A stretch of 64,000 nucleotides of DNA from Chara braunii. Taxonomy: Eukaryota > Plantae > Charophyceae. Shown here piece by piece: positions 13,615 through 24,987 of the stretch (positions are counted from its first letter, which is position 1; each line of letters starts with the position of its first letter). The stretch spans positions 2,576,113 to 2,640,112 of the forward strand of contig BFEA01000020.1 in the NCBI GenBank assembly GCA_003427395.1. Direction: 5' to 3'. Under the pieces are notes generated by a model. The model had not been told where the DNA came from and ran no database searches. It saw nothing but the letters and a program-made list of their open reading frames with translations. Both the position numbers and the translations under genes were made by a program.

Positions 13615-14350
13615 GCTGGGAGAGTCTCCATAAGATTGGAGGGTCCAGTGGTGTGTTTATTTTTCGATTGCCTACAGGACTAGACAGGTTCCCATAAGTT
13701 TAGGTGGTCTGGTCGTTTTGACTTGTGAGGGCTGACTGTAATTGACTTTTCAGGGACCAAGCATGTTCCATAAGTTTGGGTGGCTTGGTCGCCTTGTTTA
13801 CTTTGGGGTTTTCTCAGATTCTTTTGGTTCTGAATGAGGACGTTTGAGCATATTCCATAAGTTTGAGTGGCTCAGCCTCTTCTTACTTTGGCTTTAAGAG
13901 AAAGAATTCGGCAGAGGACCAGACAGGTTCCCATAAGTTTGGGTGGTCTTGGTCCAATGTCACGCACATGCTGGAACTAAGAGGTTATAACTTGGCGATA
14001 CAGCCTATACTCTACGATTATTTTACTTATGAACAGGCTAGTCAGAGAGGGTTCCATAAGTTTGGGTGGTTTGACTATAGCCTATCAAAAACTGAAAAGA
14101 GTATTAATTAAGAATAAATTTGTGGTACGAAGGGGCAGACTGAATCTTGAGCTAAAGATGATGGGTTCAGTTATATGCTACCTCAAAAGACTAAGTGCAG
14201 ATAATTATATAAAATTGGGATACTTAAACAGTTCAGGGCGACTAGGGTGACCTAGTCATTTGCCCAAGGAAGAGAAAAGTTGTTGTGCCCTGTGTTTGTG
14301 TATACTCAATGGTTGAGCTAGACATGTTCACAAGTTTGGGTGGTCTAGCT
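13615..14350 (+). repeat. Array of 7 hairpin units with consensus core A(G/T)GTT(C)CCA-TAAGTT-TGGGTG and unique spacers
   Basis: Units at 13615-13648, 13678-13714, 13755-13790, 13844-13875, 13916-13955, 14039-14077 and 14316-14350, each closed by a different complementary stem. Confidence 0.85.
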
Positions 14351-14639
14351 TTATGCCCTATTTAAGCTGGGTCCAAAGGGATAAATCATTGAGAGACTAT
14401 GAACTATTGTTTATTTTTAAATTGACTTAGGGATGGTGAGAGTACTTACTTCGGTGGTTTGGCCTGCATGAGACTGAGTGTGACTACTACTTAGTCTGAG
14501 TTCCAGTTTGATAGGTAGTTGCTTTAGATGCTCGCCACGTGCTAGAGTCATAGGAGTTAGTTTCAATTCTTGCATTTTCTGAGCTAAGTTTTTTTACTTA
14601 GGTCGATTTCTGCATTTTCTGGGATCATTTGTTATACTT

Positions 14640-14975
14640 GGCTTTGTATAAATTTTGGTAAGCTACTTTCTCCACGAGAAGCGCTGCCGAAATTTCTGCA
14701 AATCCAAGGAGTTGATCAAAATTTGACTTTTCAAAGTTCAATTTGTCTAATCTTTATATATGGCTTAGTAAAAATCTGGCAAGTCTCATTTTCTAAAGGG
14801 AGTGCTGCCAAAATGTTTGCTAATTAAGGGAGTTCGACAAAATTTGACTTTGAAAAGTTGAAGATCATTTTTGTTTTCATATTCGGGTTGATATAAACTC
14901 TGGAAAGACATTTTTCCTACGGAAAGCGTTGCCGAAATTTTCTTAGTTTAAGGGAGTTAGATTATATTTTGACAG
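14640..14975 (+). repeat. Three diverged ~120-125 bp tandem units (GCTGCCGAAATTT...AAGGAGTT...AAAATTTGAC)
   Basis: Units near 14680, 14800 and 14925; related units on the minus strand at ~25900-26360. Confidence 0.7.
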
Positions 14976-16154
14976 GTGGCAATTCTAGTGATCCAACCTA
15001 TATGGGGAAAATTTTGTCGTAGGTCTACCTTGCTTTGTGCACTGACATAGAGGTAGGTTTAGGCTTGGTTATCAGGAGAACCTTGAATGAGAAGGTGCTA
15101 TGGAGTTTCATTCCCCACACACCGATGATTTAGCTTGGGAATTGACATGTCTTATGATACAGGTCTTCTTTGGATATTCGATTCAGGATCTGGATAGATT
15201 CAACTTAGTCCCACGAGGATCATCTTTTGTTATCATTGATAACAGGTCGATTGGTTGATCGCTGACTTGTCGGCTCACGACACAACTTTGTTTTTACCTG
15301 TACCTCAGCTTGATGCCGTAGTCCTAAAATTTGATATGTTTCTTTGAGGGTTTTAACCGAACTCTTTCAATGACCATTATAAAGAACTTATGAGATTTTA
15401 TGGAAAGTTTCAGTATGACCGGGGCTTGAATGTATGAGGCATGGTATGAGTTACAGGGAGCAGTAAAGTTGACCACATTGGGGTATGGCAATGTGGCGTT
15501 CGTTTGTGTTTATGGTTTATGCAGGTTAGTGTCTTAAAGCCTGTATACGAGTCTTACTCTGGAGGCAGTGAGAATGACAACCACGTGTCGCACGATCTGC
15601 ATACCTGATGGGTTCATTTTTTACCCGTTCCTTTTATTTTTATCTCGAGTTCTGATTTGGTATACGGATATTGGGATGATTGATTATTTTTTTGAGTGAT
15701 TTTGCTCGTTAGTTTTTATAGTTGGACGTTGGAGTTCGTGGCAGCCGTCAAAGTCAAACCTCTTCACTTCTTTTCGGACCCTGGATAGTGGAGCTCGTCT
15801 CCAGGGCAATAAGAGACGACTGTCACCACATGTATGAACCTTTGTATCACCCACTCTCCGCAGGGTGCAGAAGAGGGCGTGGTTCTCAACCGCACTTAGC
15901 GGTTGTCTAGCGTTGAGAGATTCACCCCTCAAGGCGCGTGTCAGCCGACACTTGAGTGTCGAATGCGACCCTTGAGATTAACGAGGATCGTGCGAGTATG
16001 GGTACTACATAGTACGCCAACATTGCGACTGCTTGCGTACGTATGCATTGCTAGTCGATGCGAGTAGGCCCTGCGTCCGCGCGACTTTATACTAAGTTTC
16101 GCGCGCGACGCCTATCTGATTTCCGCGTGGGAAAGTTATGGGATAGGTACTGAA

Positions 16155-16702
16155 GGGACTAGGAGTGTTGTCGCGTTGTTTGTTGTGTGCGTTGTTTCGT
16201 GTGCATGTGACTGTGTGAGTAGTTTATTGTTATGACCGTAGTGTGGTGTATGCGTGGTGAGTGGGATACGTCCTAGTCGACCGATGTCGAGTCTCACTTG
16301 GGATTTCAGCCTCCCCAGTGCGTCGGTTCACGTACGGGTCCGATAGAGGCGTACTACCTCGCGTACCCCCTATGTTACAATGAACGAGAAACGCCCTCGG
16401 CTGGTCCACCTCTGCGATCGCAACTGATTAGCTTTCGTACTGTGAACTGGTAGCTCGTCGGGGATACGCCCAACGAAGGGAGGTGACAACTCCCACAAGG
16501 TGGAGGTAAGTCGTGCCTCGCGTAGGCCCTATCCTGTCGTAAGGGCTCGCGAAAGGTATGGTTGGCGCACTCGACCGGAGCGGCTTGCGGAAGCTCTATT
16601 ATGTGCTTGCGGTGAGGATTAAGACCAACTTCTGCGTGACGTGGCCGAGAGGGTCCCGCGCTGCCTTGTGCGGTGCCGGACCGATGCGCTCGACACCACC
16701 GG
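16155..16702 (+). ncRNA. Putative structured leader RNA, copy 1
   Basis: Collinear with the reverse complement of 20313-20890, with conserved blocks and sequence-different but structure-preserving hairpins; ends at donor CGG|GTAAGA. Confidence 0.6.
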
Positions 16703-17504
16703 GTAAGATTCAGGTACGGTAACCTATTGGCTGACTCCTATCACGACAGTGACAGGAGCAACTCTTTTATAAGAAGAGCTTGCCCAGTCGCTAGGCTACT
16801 ACCATGTAGCCCAGTAGACCATGAGGTCAGGACCTACTGGCAACCCAAACCCCTACCCCCTTTCTCACTTGGTGGGGCATCGAGCCCTCTGGCTAGGTGC
16901 CCTGCCTTGGCCAGCGTACCGCCCGCCCACGCCCGACTTCACCGAAACACATAGGTCGGATGTGGCTTCAATGGGGGCCGCGCTTTCACGCGCGAAGGTC
17001 TTAATTAGCTTTTATGAGCTCTTAATCGCGCGGTCTAACAGCCTCGCCTCCTTATTTTAGGTAGAGTAGGTATAAAATTATTATATATAAATATCGTACG
17101 TCCTTGCGGCCTTACCAATCATGAGGAGAAAACCAGTCACGCCGCCGGTTCTTGCCGCCGATTCCATATACCGCAGGCGTCAGGTCTTAGGTTTAATAAA
17201 TTTTAGTCTTTCAGTCATAGGTCAAATTCGTATAAACTTATGGTAGGTCACCCATCTTATCAAGTTATGAAGCCTGGATAACCATTTATTAAGTCGGACA
17301 TCGTCCGACATTTAAAACACCGGGCAGATGCCCTTGTCAGGGTTTCTGCCCCGACAACATTCCCGGGCCCCATTGAACAATGACCCCGCCGTTCACCATC
17401 AAAATACAAAGTCAGGATTCTTATGAAATTTTCATGTGAAAAGGACGATTACAATACACAACAATTCAAAACAATTGTCTGGAACAAAGCCCGAACTTTC
17501 ATTA

Positions 17505-17910
17505 ACAACCTGGATTCAGCCTCCAAAAGTCTAAACATAATATAACAAAACTGGATTCAGCCTCCAGGAGCCTAAATATAATACATCAACAATACTAGAT
17601 TTGACTCCAACAACATTAACATAAATACAACAAAACTGGATTCAGGCTCCAGAAGCCTAAATATAAACACAACAAAACTGGATTTAGCCTCCAGAAGCCT
17701 AAAACTTAATAGTTTTATACTCATCAATTGGAATAGCACCAGATTCCGCCCCTGGCAAGCCAAAATATGAAAACTTGGACCCAGATTCCGCCATTGGAAG
17801 CCTAAAATACTTTGGATTTTTTTCAGAATGGTCCCAACATCATCCCACTGACGGCCAACAATTTTGTCTCTCCGAATGGTTACCAGATTTCGCCTCTTGC
17901 AAGCCTAAAA
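17505..17910. repeat. Degenerate minisatellite (CTGGATTCAGCCTCCAGAAGCCTAAA...)
   Basis: At least five copies at 40-55 bp spacing, plus looser variants downstream. Confidence 0.75.
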
Positions 17911-18110
17911 TTGACAACCTCCAGGTTGATATCACAATAGTTCAACCTGTCGGAAGTTGTTTAGACAAGTCTAAACGAACCACTAAGAGAGCAACCATTC
18001 ACTCAAAAGTCATCGCCCAAGTTTTGTTCCTATTCCAACTTCAGAGAGAAAACAACTCACAGAGCTATCATGTACGATATTTCTGAACTCTTGTGATATG
18101 CGCAGAGGAG

Positions 18111-18718
18111 TAGTGTAATCTTTTTCACAGGATAACATCTTGACATCAAGCCTTACTTAAGATTCGAGCCTTACCACGTTCCCTCCGATTCCAGCGCCGT
18201 GACCTCATCAATCCCCTCCCCATAGAGCTAGACGTCTCCACCCCACACAACCCAGGTTGGTTAGGCATTGGCCATAAAGGTGAAGTAATCCTGCTTGATA
18301 CGAGATTAGGTAACCACTCCTTCTCTCGTACCCAACAGTAATCGCCTCCTCTATAAGCAGTGTCTTAATAACGTTACAAGACTCACAACACCTTCCCCCC
18401 TTTCAATGATAGTGTAGTCTCTTTCACAGGATAACATCTCGACATCAAGTCTTACTTAAGATTCGAGCCTCACCATGTTCCCTCTGATTCCAGCGTCATG
18501 ACCTCATCAATCCCCTCCCCATAGAGCTAGACATCTCCACCCCACACAACCAGGTTGGTTAAGCATTGGTCATAAAGTGTGAAGTAATCATGTTTGATAC
18601 GAGATTAGGTAACCACTCCTTCTCTCGTACCCAACAGTAATCGCCTCCTCTATAAGCAGTGTCTTAATAACTACACAAGACTCCCAACATCTTCCCCCCT
18701 TTCAATGATAGTGTAGTC
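18111..18718. repeat. Tandem duplication, two ~299-bp units
   Basis: 18111-18409 and 18410-18708 align with scattered substitutions, so the duplication is biological rather than an exact assembly copy. Confidence 0.85.
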
Positions 18719-19433
18719 CCCCTTCCTTAAACCACATAGGATTCAAAAGACAACATCTCGCTATGGACCAGGAGCACAGCTCAGGCGCGAGCCTCACTAC
18801 CACTTACAGAGCTCACAATTACATCTGATAAATATCGTAACATAACAACGAACAAATAACCATTACATTCAAATCATTAATAATATAATTCATGACAATT
18901 TGCAACAATTCACAACAAATGCTTTCACATGGAATTTTGTAATGGTCCGATTCAATCATTCCTTATAATAAAGGTTCATCCATATGATACGAAAAGATAA
19001 ATGTGGTCTTAGCAAAGAGGACTCAATCAGTCCTCAAGTATAGCACTTATCAATTATTAATGACACGAGTTCGCTTGAGTAACCGAAACCTTGTCAAACC
19101 ATAACTGATGTCACGCCAGGGCTCCCTCGATGTCTACTTCATTGTATCAACAAACTTCAAATTAGCAATATTGTAAATCCAATTAGTATACACAAATATA
19201 TATGATCAAAGTCAGTTCCCAATGTTGTGTCTTCCTGCCAATACAAACCCAGAAGCTTTTATGCCAACCAAGATAACCGAGGTATTCAAAGGATAAGATC
19301 AATGACCTTTCAATTAAGCCTAAAAGCACATCGGATTCAAGCAGTAATAACGATTGACTGAAGGATTGAGATGAAAATCTAAAATTTTCCTTAATTCTTC
19401 AATCTCCCCTATATGTAATCAAAAATCACATCT

Positions 19434-20088
19434 CTAATGAATTTGTCCTTTTTTTGAATAGGGAAGATCGACACATGATTCCAATATTCCACCGTCTCGC
19501 CTACTTACTATTCTCTTTCTAATATCGTGATCAAGGCGTCTGCAAAATTTTATTTTATGGCCCCACATACCACAGGATGTACATTTCCAAAGCTTGCGAG
19601 ACCTAAAAGTCTTGTTGCCTTGATTCCTTGATCGAAACACTTACTCTGGTTCGGATTTTTATTTGAAGCAGGGCGAATGTTTTCATGCGACTCGTGGCGA
19701 CCTATAGCTTGCTTCCCTTTTTGACAAGTCCCTTAACCCCCTTCGGCCAAATTACGCATGACTCATTCAACCTTAGTAAGCTTACAAGGCCGCCCCAATT
19801 GGTCAGACTCACTACCTAGCTTCCTTTTACCCTTCTGCACCCTATCTTCAAGAGTTTCTGGGAACTTGACTAACATTAGTCTCTAGAATTCAACCAAAGT
19901 CTCAGACACTCGCGAAAGAAGTCCAATACCAGGCTTCAACCTTTCGGCGATAAAATTCAAGACGAAAAGAAACTTATGATGCTTTTCCAATTAATCCGCG
20001 TTGCCAAACTCTGAAATGCCTGCAAGAATTTGATAACCTCACAGCCTTCAAAGAAAGGACTCATATAAGCAAATGTTTCTTTCGCCAT
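19434..20088 (-). pseudogene. Decayed gag-like gene of element B
   Basis: MAKETFAYMSPFFEGCEVIKFLQAF...KFPE...PCKLTKVE*VMRNLAEGG...CTSCGMWGHKIKFC (CCHC). Block-for-block similar to the gag at 30253-31950; preceded by a GT-AG intron at 20312-20098. Confidence 0.75.
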
Positions 20089-20312
20089 TATGATATCCTG
20101 CAAGACGCAACATATTTTGTTAATAAATAGGAAAAATAATCATTTAACCTTTAATTTTATCATTTCAATACTAGCGAGATCAATTTTAATTGGCTGATAA
20201 AAAATTTATTAGTACCAGTCAATTCATCAAACAAAACAATGAGTTGTTTGATCATTCGAAGTTACAAACAACATTCAATCATGTTTTTAAAAATATTATT
20301 CAATAATATTAC

Positions 20313-20890
20313 CCGAGTGTCGTTCTGCCAGAGACAACGGTAAGTAGTCGTTGTCCCCGACAACGGCGCTACCTGTCATGCGCATCGGCTCCCGCCTTTT
20401 TCACAAAGGCAGGAACCCTCCTTCCTATATCACGCAAGAGTTGAAACAAAACAAATATATTTATTAAAAAAAACAAGAGACAACTTAGGGAACGACGCAA
20501 TATGACCACGCAAACCACCGAAATGGTTGCGGCCGTGCCGTCCCTTTGCTGCTCTAGCCGGGTGCGCCAACTGTACATCCCACGGTCCGCTAGGACAGGA
20601 TAGGTTTCCACGGGGCACATCTTACCTTCCGTAAGGGGTTGTCACCACCCTCAGGGGCGTATCCTTACCGAGCTAATGACCCACTTTTGAAATTTTTTAC
20701 ATGCAATTGCAGAGGTAGGTCAGCCAAGGGCATTTGCTCGTTCACTGGAGTATAGGTATGCTTGGTTAACACCAAGTGGACCCGAACGTTGTCCGTTCCC
20801 TGGGGAGTTGATCTCCTAGGTACGAAACGAACGTCGGTCGACTAGGACGGTTTCAACCAAACATGAAACCCATAGAATAATCCTAGTCCC
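20313..20890 (-). ncRNA. Putative structured leader RNA, copy 2
   Basis: See copy 1; ends at CGG|GTAAT just upstream of the gag intron. Confidence 0.6.
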
Positions 20891-21557
20891 TTTACAAACC
20901 TCTTATCACAAAATAATTAAAATCAGTACACTTTTATTAAATCGCACAAGATAGGATTTTGACTTATGAGATGATCTGCTGAAGTTATTATTTCTGGCCT
21001 ATATGACCGAAGAGATTATTATATCGCCGCTTTCGAGGCGGAGGCTCGATATTGACGAGAGATTAGGAAAGACAACCTGTCCTTCGACTTACAGTTGGGT
21101 CTGTCGACACCTACTAAACCCTGTTAGGAATGACTTCTGCAAGTAAATTTCACTGCTACCATGCAGATCAACAAGTGATCTGGCTCCTGACCGACGTTTG
21201 AATTCTTGGTTCGACCACACCTCCGTATCATATGCAGTTTGTTTGGAGAAAATTATTAGCTAGCAAATTAAAATTTTGTTGATCGTTTTGTCTTCCGGGA
21301 CAATAATTACTCTTCCCGTTTCCTCGAATGATGAAATATTCATCTGCATCATCCGATTACCCAAAACAAAACTGCATTCGTTAGCACTGCCCAAAGAGAA
21401 CAATTACTTTTATTACCTACTTCTTCTTACGAGTTTGAGCTTCTTCTGTTTTAATTCTAACGGTGACACCTATACTGACCACCGGCAAGGATATTAATTC
21501 AGTCCCTCGTCGCCCAGGATTCGATAAGGGTTGGTCAACTCTGCGTCGTCACACCTC

Positions 21558-21746
21558 CAACCCTCTAGGAAGTGGTCTGCGGATACTCCTTCCCCTCGCC
21601 CAAGCCTGAAGACTCGGATCTCAGAGGTTGGACCATCACCACCGAGTCGGCAAAGTACCACCCCCGAAGAGTCGGGTCCACTCCAAGTCGATAACAGGGC
21701 CGGCTCCAAAAGCATACAAACCCCCGCCTTGGATGCTTCTTAGAAA
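21558..21746 (-). ncRNA. Putative ~190-nt structured RNA shared with 40776-40956
   Basis: Conserved blocks, a closing stem and covarying internal hairpins. Confidence 0.45.
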
Positions 21747-21805
21747 GAAAGAATGCGTCCGCCAGAAGTAAGGCTTTTTTTTTCCATTACTACTCAGTTT
21801 TGGGT

Positions 21806-21843
21806 CTGTCTCTTATACACATCTAGATGTGTATAAGAGACAG
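21806..21843. other. Nextera mate-pair junction adapter (two head-to-head Tn5 mosaic ends); assembly artefact
   Basis: Exact CTGTCTCTTATACACATCT-AGATGTGTATAAGAGACAG, flanked by a 156-bp duplication (21650-21805 = 21844-21999). Confidence 0.97.
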
Positions 21844-23785
21844 GCAAAGTACCACCCCCGAAGAGTCGGGTCCACTCCAAGTCGATAACAGGGCCGGCTC
21901 CAAAAGCATACAAACCCCCGCCTTGGATGCTTCTTAGAAAGAAAGAATGCGTCCGCCAGAAGTAAGGCTTTTTTTTTCCATTACTACTCAGTTTTGGGTA
22001 ACTTAGATAAAAAGGAACTGAAGGAGATAGATTAAGAGAATCATTTGGACAGGTATAGGTAGATAAGGTCCTTCGGGATAGAAAAAGTCAATCATAGGGA
22101 GAAAACTAAATTTGTTTGACCTTATCTGCTTTGTTTCAGTTTAATTCATTTTATGGTGAACACAAAATTAAAGTTTTTCAAAACATCGAATCGTATTTTT
22201 TGTCATGCAAGCAGGTGAGAAGTAAAAAGAAGACAATCCTTTTTCCTTTTCTCCAACAAGCATAATCAATCTCCTTTGCAAACATCCTTCTTCGTACCTG
22301 CACAGACCACGAAGTACAACAAACAAGTTCAAAGGAAACCAATGCAATCTCACACTTAAGTCAGACCTCACCATTCACATGCAAACACACATTTAATTTG
22401 CCTCAATGAACATTCGATTGAACAGGGTCAAGTAAAGTGTGGGTTCAAACAGGTGTGAAGAGAGATCTGAGTCATTCTATTGACTGACCTTAAGTGAAAT
22501 TTAATCCGGCTCACTCAAGGAAACCGAGTAATATTCAAATCAGAAGAAAATAATCGCTGTTGAATAGGAAAATATGTGGCTGACAACTTCAGAGGTTGTG
22601 ACCTTTCTCCTGAGCCACGGTTCACGTCTTTTCTCAAGTACTCATAAGAACAGAGGTTGGACCACAAAAAAATCTCCAGCGGGATAGGCCTCCAAGAGGG
22701 TATTCCTACAAATGAATTTTCACGTGGTCCCAATGTTCCGGAAAGTCCCAACTGCACTTCAACAACAATCTGTCTCCCCAACCAATCGCAAGTCCATGCC
22801 GCCTCAAATCACCATGTCCGCTCGCAATAACCACACTAACTTGTCCGCCCCGATCTCAAACTAGTCCCACCTGGTCCCACAACGGTCACAGATGGTCCCA
22901 CGTTGCCGCTGTACCACCAAATGATCCCAAACTCAAAAAACGCTCGCACCGTGCGCCGCAAAAAAAAATAAAGGTGGCTCTGGTTGAAAACCGCATGTGC
23001 TGCAAGTTTCAATGACTACTGTCACGTGCACTCACTCCACACTCTTCATGTCGCCGGTCCACACACCATTGCCGCACAAACCCAACTGTGCATTGGTGTC
23101 AATCCAACCTCCAGGCCTCATTGGAATCCACCATAACCGTCACGCACCACAAAAATAACGATGGTTTTCTGATACTAATGCCGCAAATGTCAACACCTCA
23201 AACGGTCACACCGCCAATACCGCACGGCCAAAACGTTGTCGTCGTAGTCACGAAACACTGCTGTAAAAAAAACTTGGCCGCACAAATCCAGCAGTATTAT
23301 CTCCACCAAATACATCGTCGTTGTCGTGCCTCCAAACAGACAACACTTCCCCTTTGGAAGACCTTGATGCCGCCACGTCGTCAGTCTGGCAGCACCTCCC
23401 CTTAAAACTCTGCCAATTATCGTGCCGCAAAAAACTTGTTGCGCCGCACAAGCACCTTCTTCCAAAAATACGACAACGCAGCCTTCCCACTCACATATCA
23501 TCGTGCAGACCGTCAAGCAACACCTCCCCGTCGTGGACCTCTTGCCTCACAATCCAAGCCTGCTGCAGCCTCACGGCTACAACTCCCAGACAACCTACAG
23601 CACAAGCACAAAGTTGAGAGCAAGAAGCTCCCAGCCTTCAGCTATTGCTGCCTCTCTCTTCCTCCAAGTGCTCCTGCATACCTCCAACACTTCGCCTCAC
23701 TACACCAGCAGCTAGCCAGCCAGCATCTGCTTCAAGTATAATGCCCCAACAGCATTGCAACACGTGTGAGGCTGCTGGGTGGCAA

Positions 23786-23805
23786 GCTGGCTTTTATAGC
23801 TGGTC
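23786..23805 (-). promoter_or_regulatory. Candidate TATA box for element B transcript
   Basis: Minus-strand CCAGCTATAAAAGCC upstream of the structured segments and gag. Confidence 0.3.
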
Positions 23806-24797
23806 GAAGGCATTTGGGCAGTTGCCTTGCCCACAGCCAGGCAAAATTTCGTCAGTGCTCCTGACCCTTGATCTAAATCAATGGCCAGGAGCTCTGTGCC
23901 TTGGTTTCCCCCTAGGGGAACCAGGGTTATCAATTCCTGGGGGCACCTGGCCGTTTTCCTAGGCCAAGTGCTTCTGGAAATGGTTGTACTCAGCCATTTC
24001 AGAACTGTATGTTCTAATGAACAGCCGCAGTCCCATCAGCCCCTAGAACCTTCTAGGGGCTGTACATGTTCCATGGCCACAGCCACGTATGTGGCCGTTA
24101 CTTTTTTTTCCCCCCTTACTGCTTTTTCTTTTCTTTTCTACTAACTCTACCTTCAAAAATGTGCCCGCACCTGGGAAAAAACAGTGTCAGGTTCAGGCCG
24201 TCGTTTGACAGCTGCCGCCTGTTTTCAATTACGGACAGGCACAGCTATTCACAACTGTGTCGTTTAGGGGGGAGGGGAACTAAGAACAAAAAAAAAAAAA
24301 ATCGCCTCACCTAAATCGCGAGCAGTGTCCCCTCGTAACTCAAGCACGGGGTCTTAAGACCCACGCCCGAACATAGCAGCGATCTGCGGCAAATCCACTC
24401 GTCGCGGCCTTCCCCCTTGACGCTTCGATAGAAGCCCGACGAAACCAGTCTGGCACAGTCATAAACGAACGGTTGCACAGTGCACCAAAAAGAAAGAAGA
24501 GAAGAAAAAACTAAAAAAATCTAAAAAGAATCTAACAAAAAAATCTAATGAAAATCTAAAAAAGAAAGAAAATAAAAAAACGAACCATTACCTCAACCAT
24601 AGTCGCCCGTTTTTCAGGGCGCAGTGTTGGACCTGAGACGCCCGAGTCATTTCCAACGGCGCCATGTGGCGCCTCACATTCTCGTTTTAGTTTTTGTTGT
24701 TGTTTTTTTTGTTGGTTTGCCAATGGTCGCATCCATCGTAGCATGCTCTTGAAATAAAGGCCCAAGTTCGAACCCCTGTTGGGGATCGAATTTTTAC

Positions 24798-24851
24798 TGG
24801 ATCGTTTCTCGATTTATGAGTGTCATCTTTGCGCAGGGGTCATACTGATCT
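24798..24851 (-). pseudogene. U6 snRNA 3'-half fragment
   Basis: Minus strand AGATCAGTATGACCCCTGCGCAAAGATGACACTCATAAATCGAGAAACGATCCA; 47/54 against plant U6 as recalled from memory. Lacks the ACAGAGA box and 5' stem. Confidence 0.85.
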
Positions 24852-24987
24852 GCGTGCGACAGATCTCAATTGCGCGATCTTGATCATTGCGCGACCGAAA
24901 TCGGCCGCGCTTATCTGCTTGGGCTTCTCCAAAAGGAGCTAGCCCAGTGGGGCGCAACGTGCTGGATTCGATCCCGGTACCCGCCGA

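Larger units (their letters stand above)
12427..17356 (+). mobile_element. Element A: ~4.9-kb non-coding solo-LTR-like element
   Basis: TGTC...GACA termini with flanks ACAAT/ACATT (4/5 TSD). The 3' ~650 bp recurs at 24988-25581, and internal parts are homologous to 20311-20890 and 25880-26900 on the minus strand. Confidence 0.55.

Noticed and set aside
13615-14350. True CRISPR array
   Set aside because: Eukaryotic TE context, no cas genes, irregular spacing, and stems formed by variable flanks rather than the repeat; kept only as an architectural analogy.
16155-16745. Group II intron (TGAACG, AGGTAAG and GAGCCGATGCG resemble its motifs)
   Set aside because: No domain V hairpin conserved in both copies; the GAGCC is used in another stem.
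16838-16862. Telomerase RNA template
   Set aside because: CCCAAACCCC does not match the TTTAGGG complement, and the segment is a multicopy TE part.
21806-21843. Biological Tn5/IS50 insertion or horizontal transfer
   Set aside because: It is the synthetic mosaic end in the exact mate-pair junction arrangement.
24935-24986. tRNA gene or tRNA-derived SINE (A- and B-box-like words)
   Set aside because: No cloverleaf; the box-like words are arms of local hairpins.
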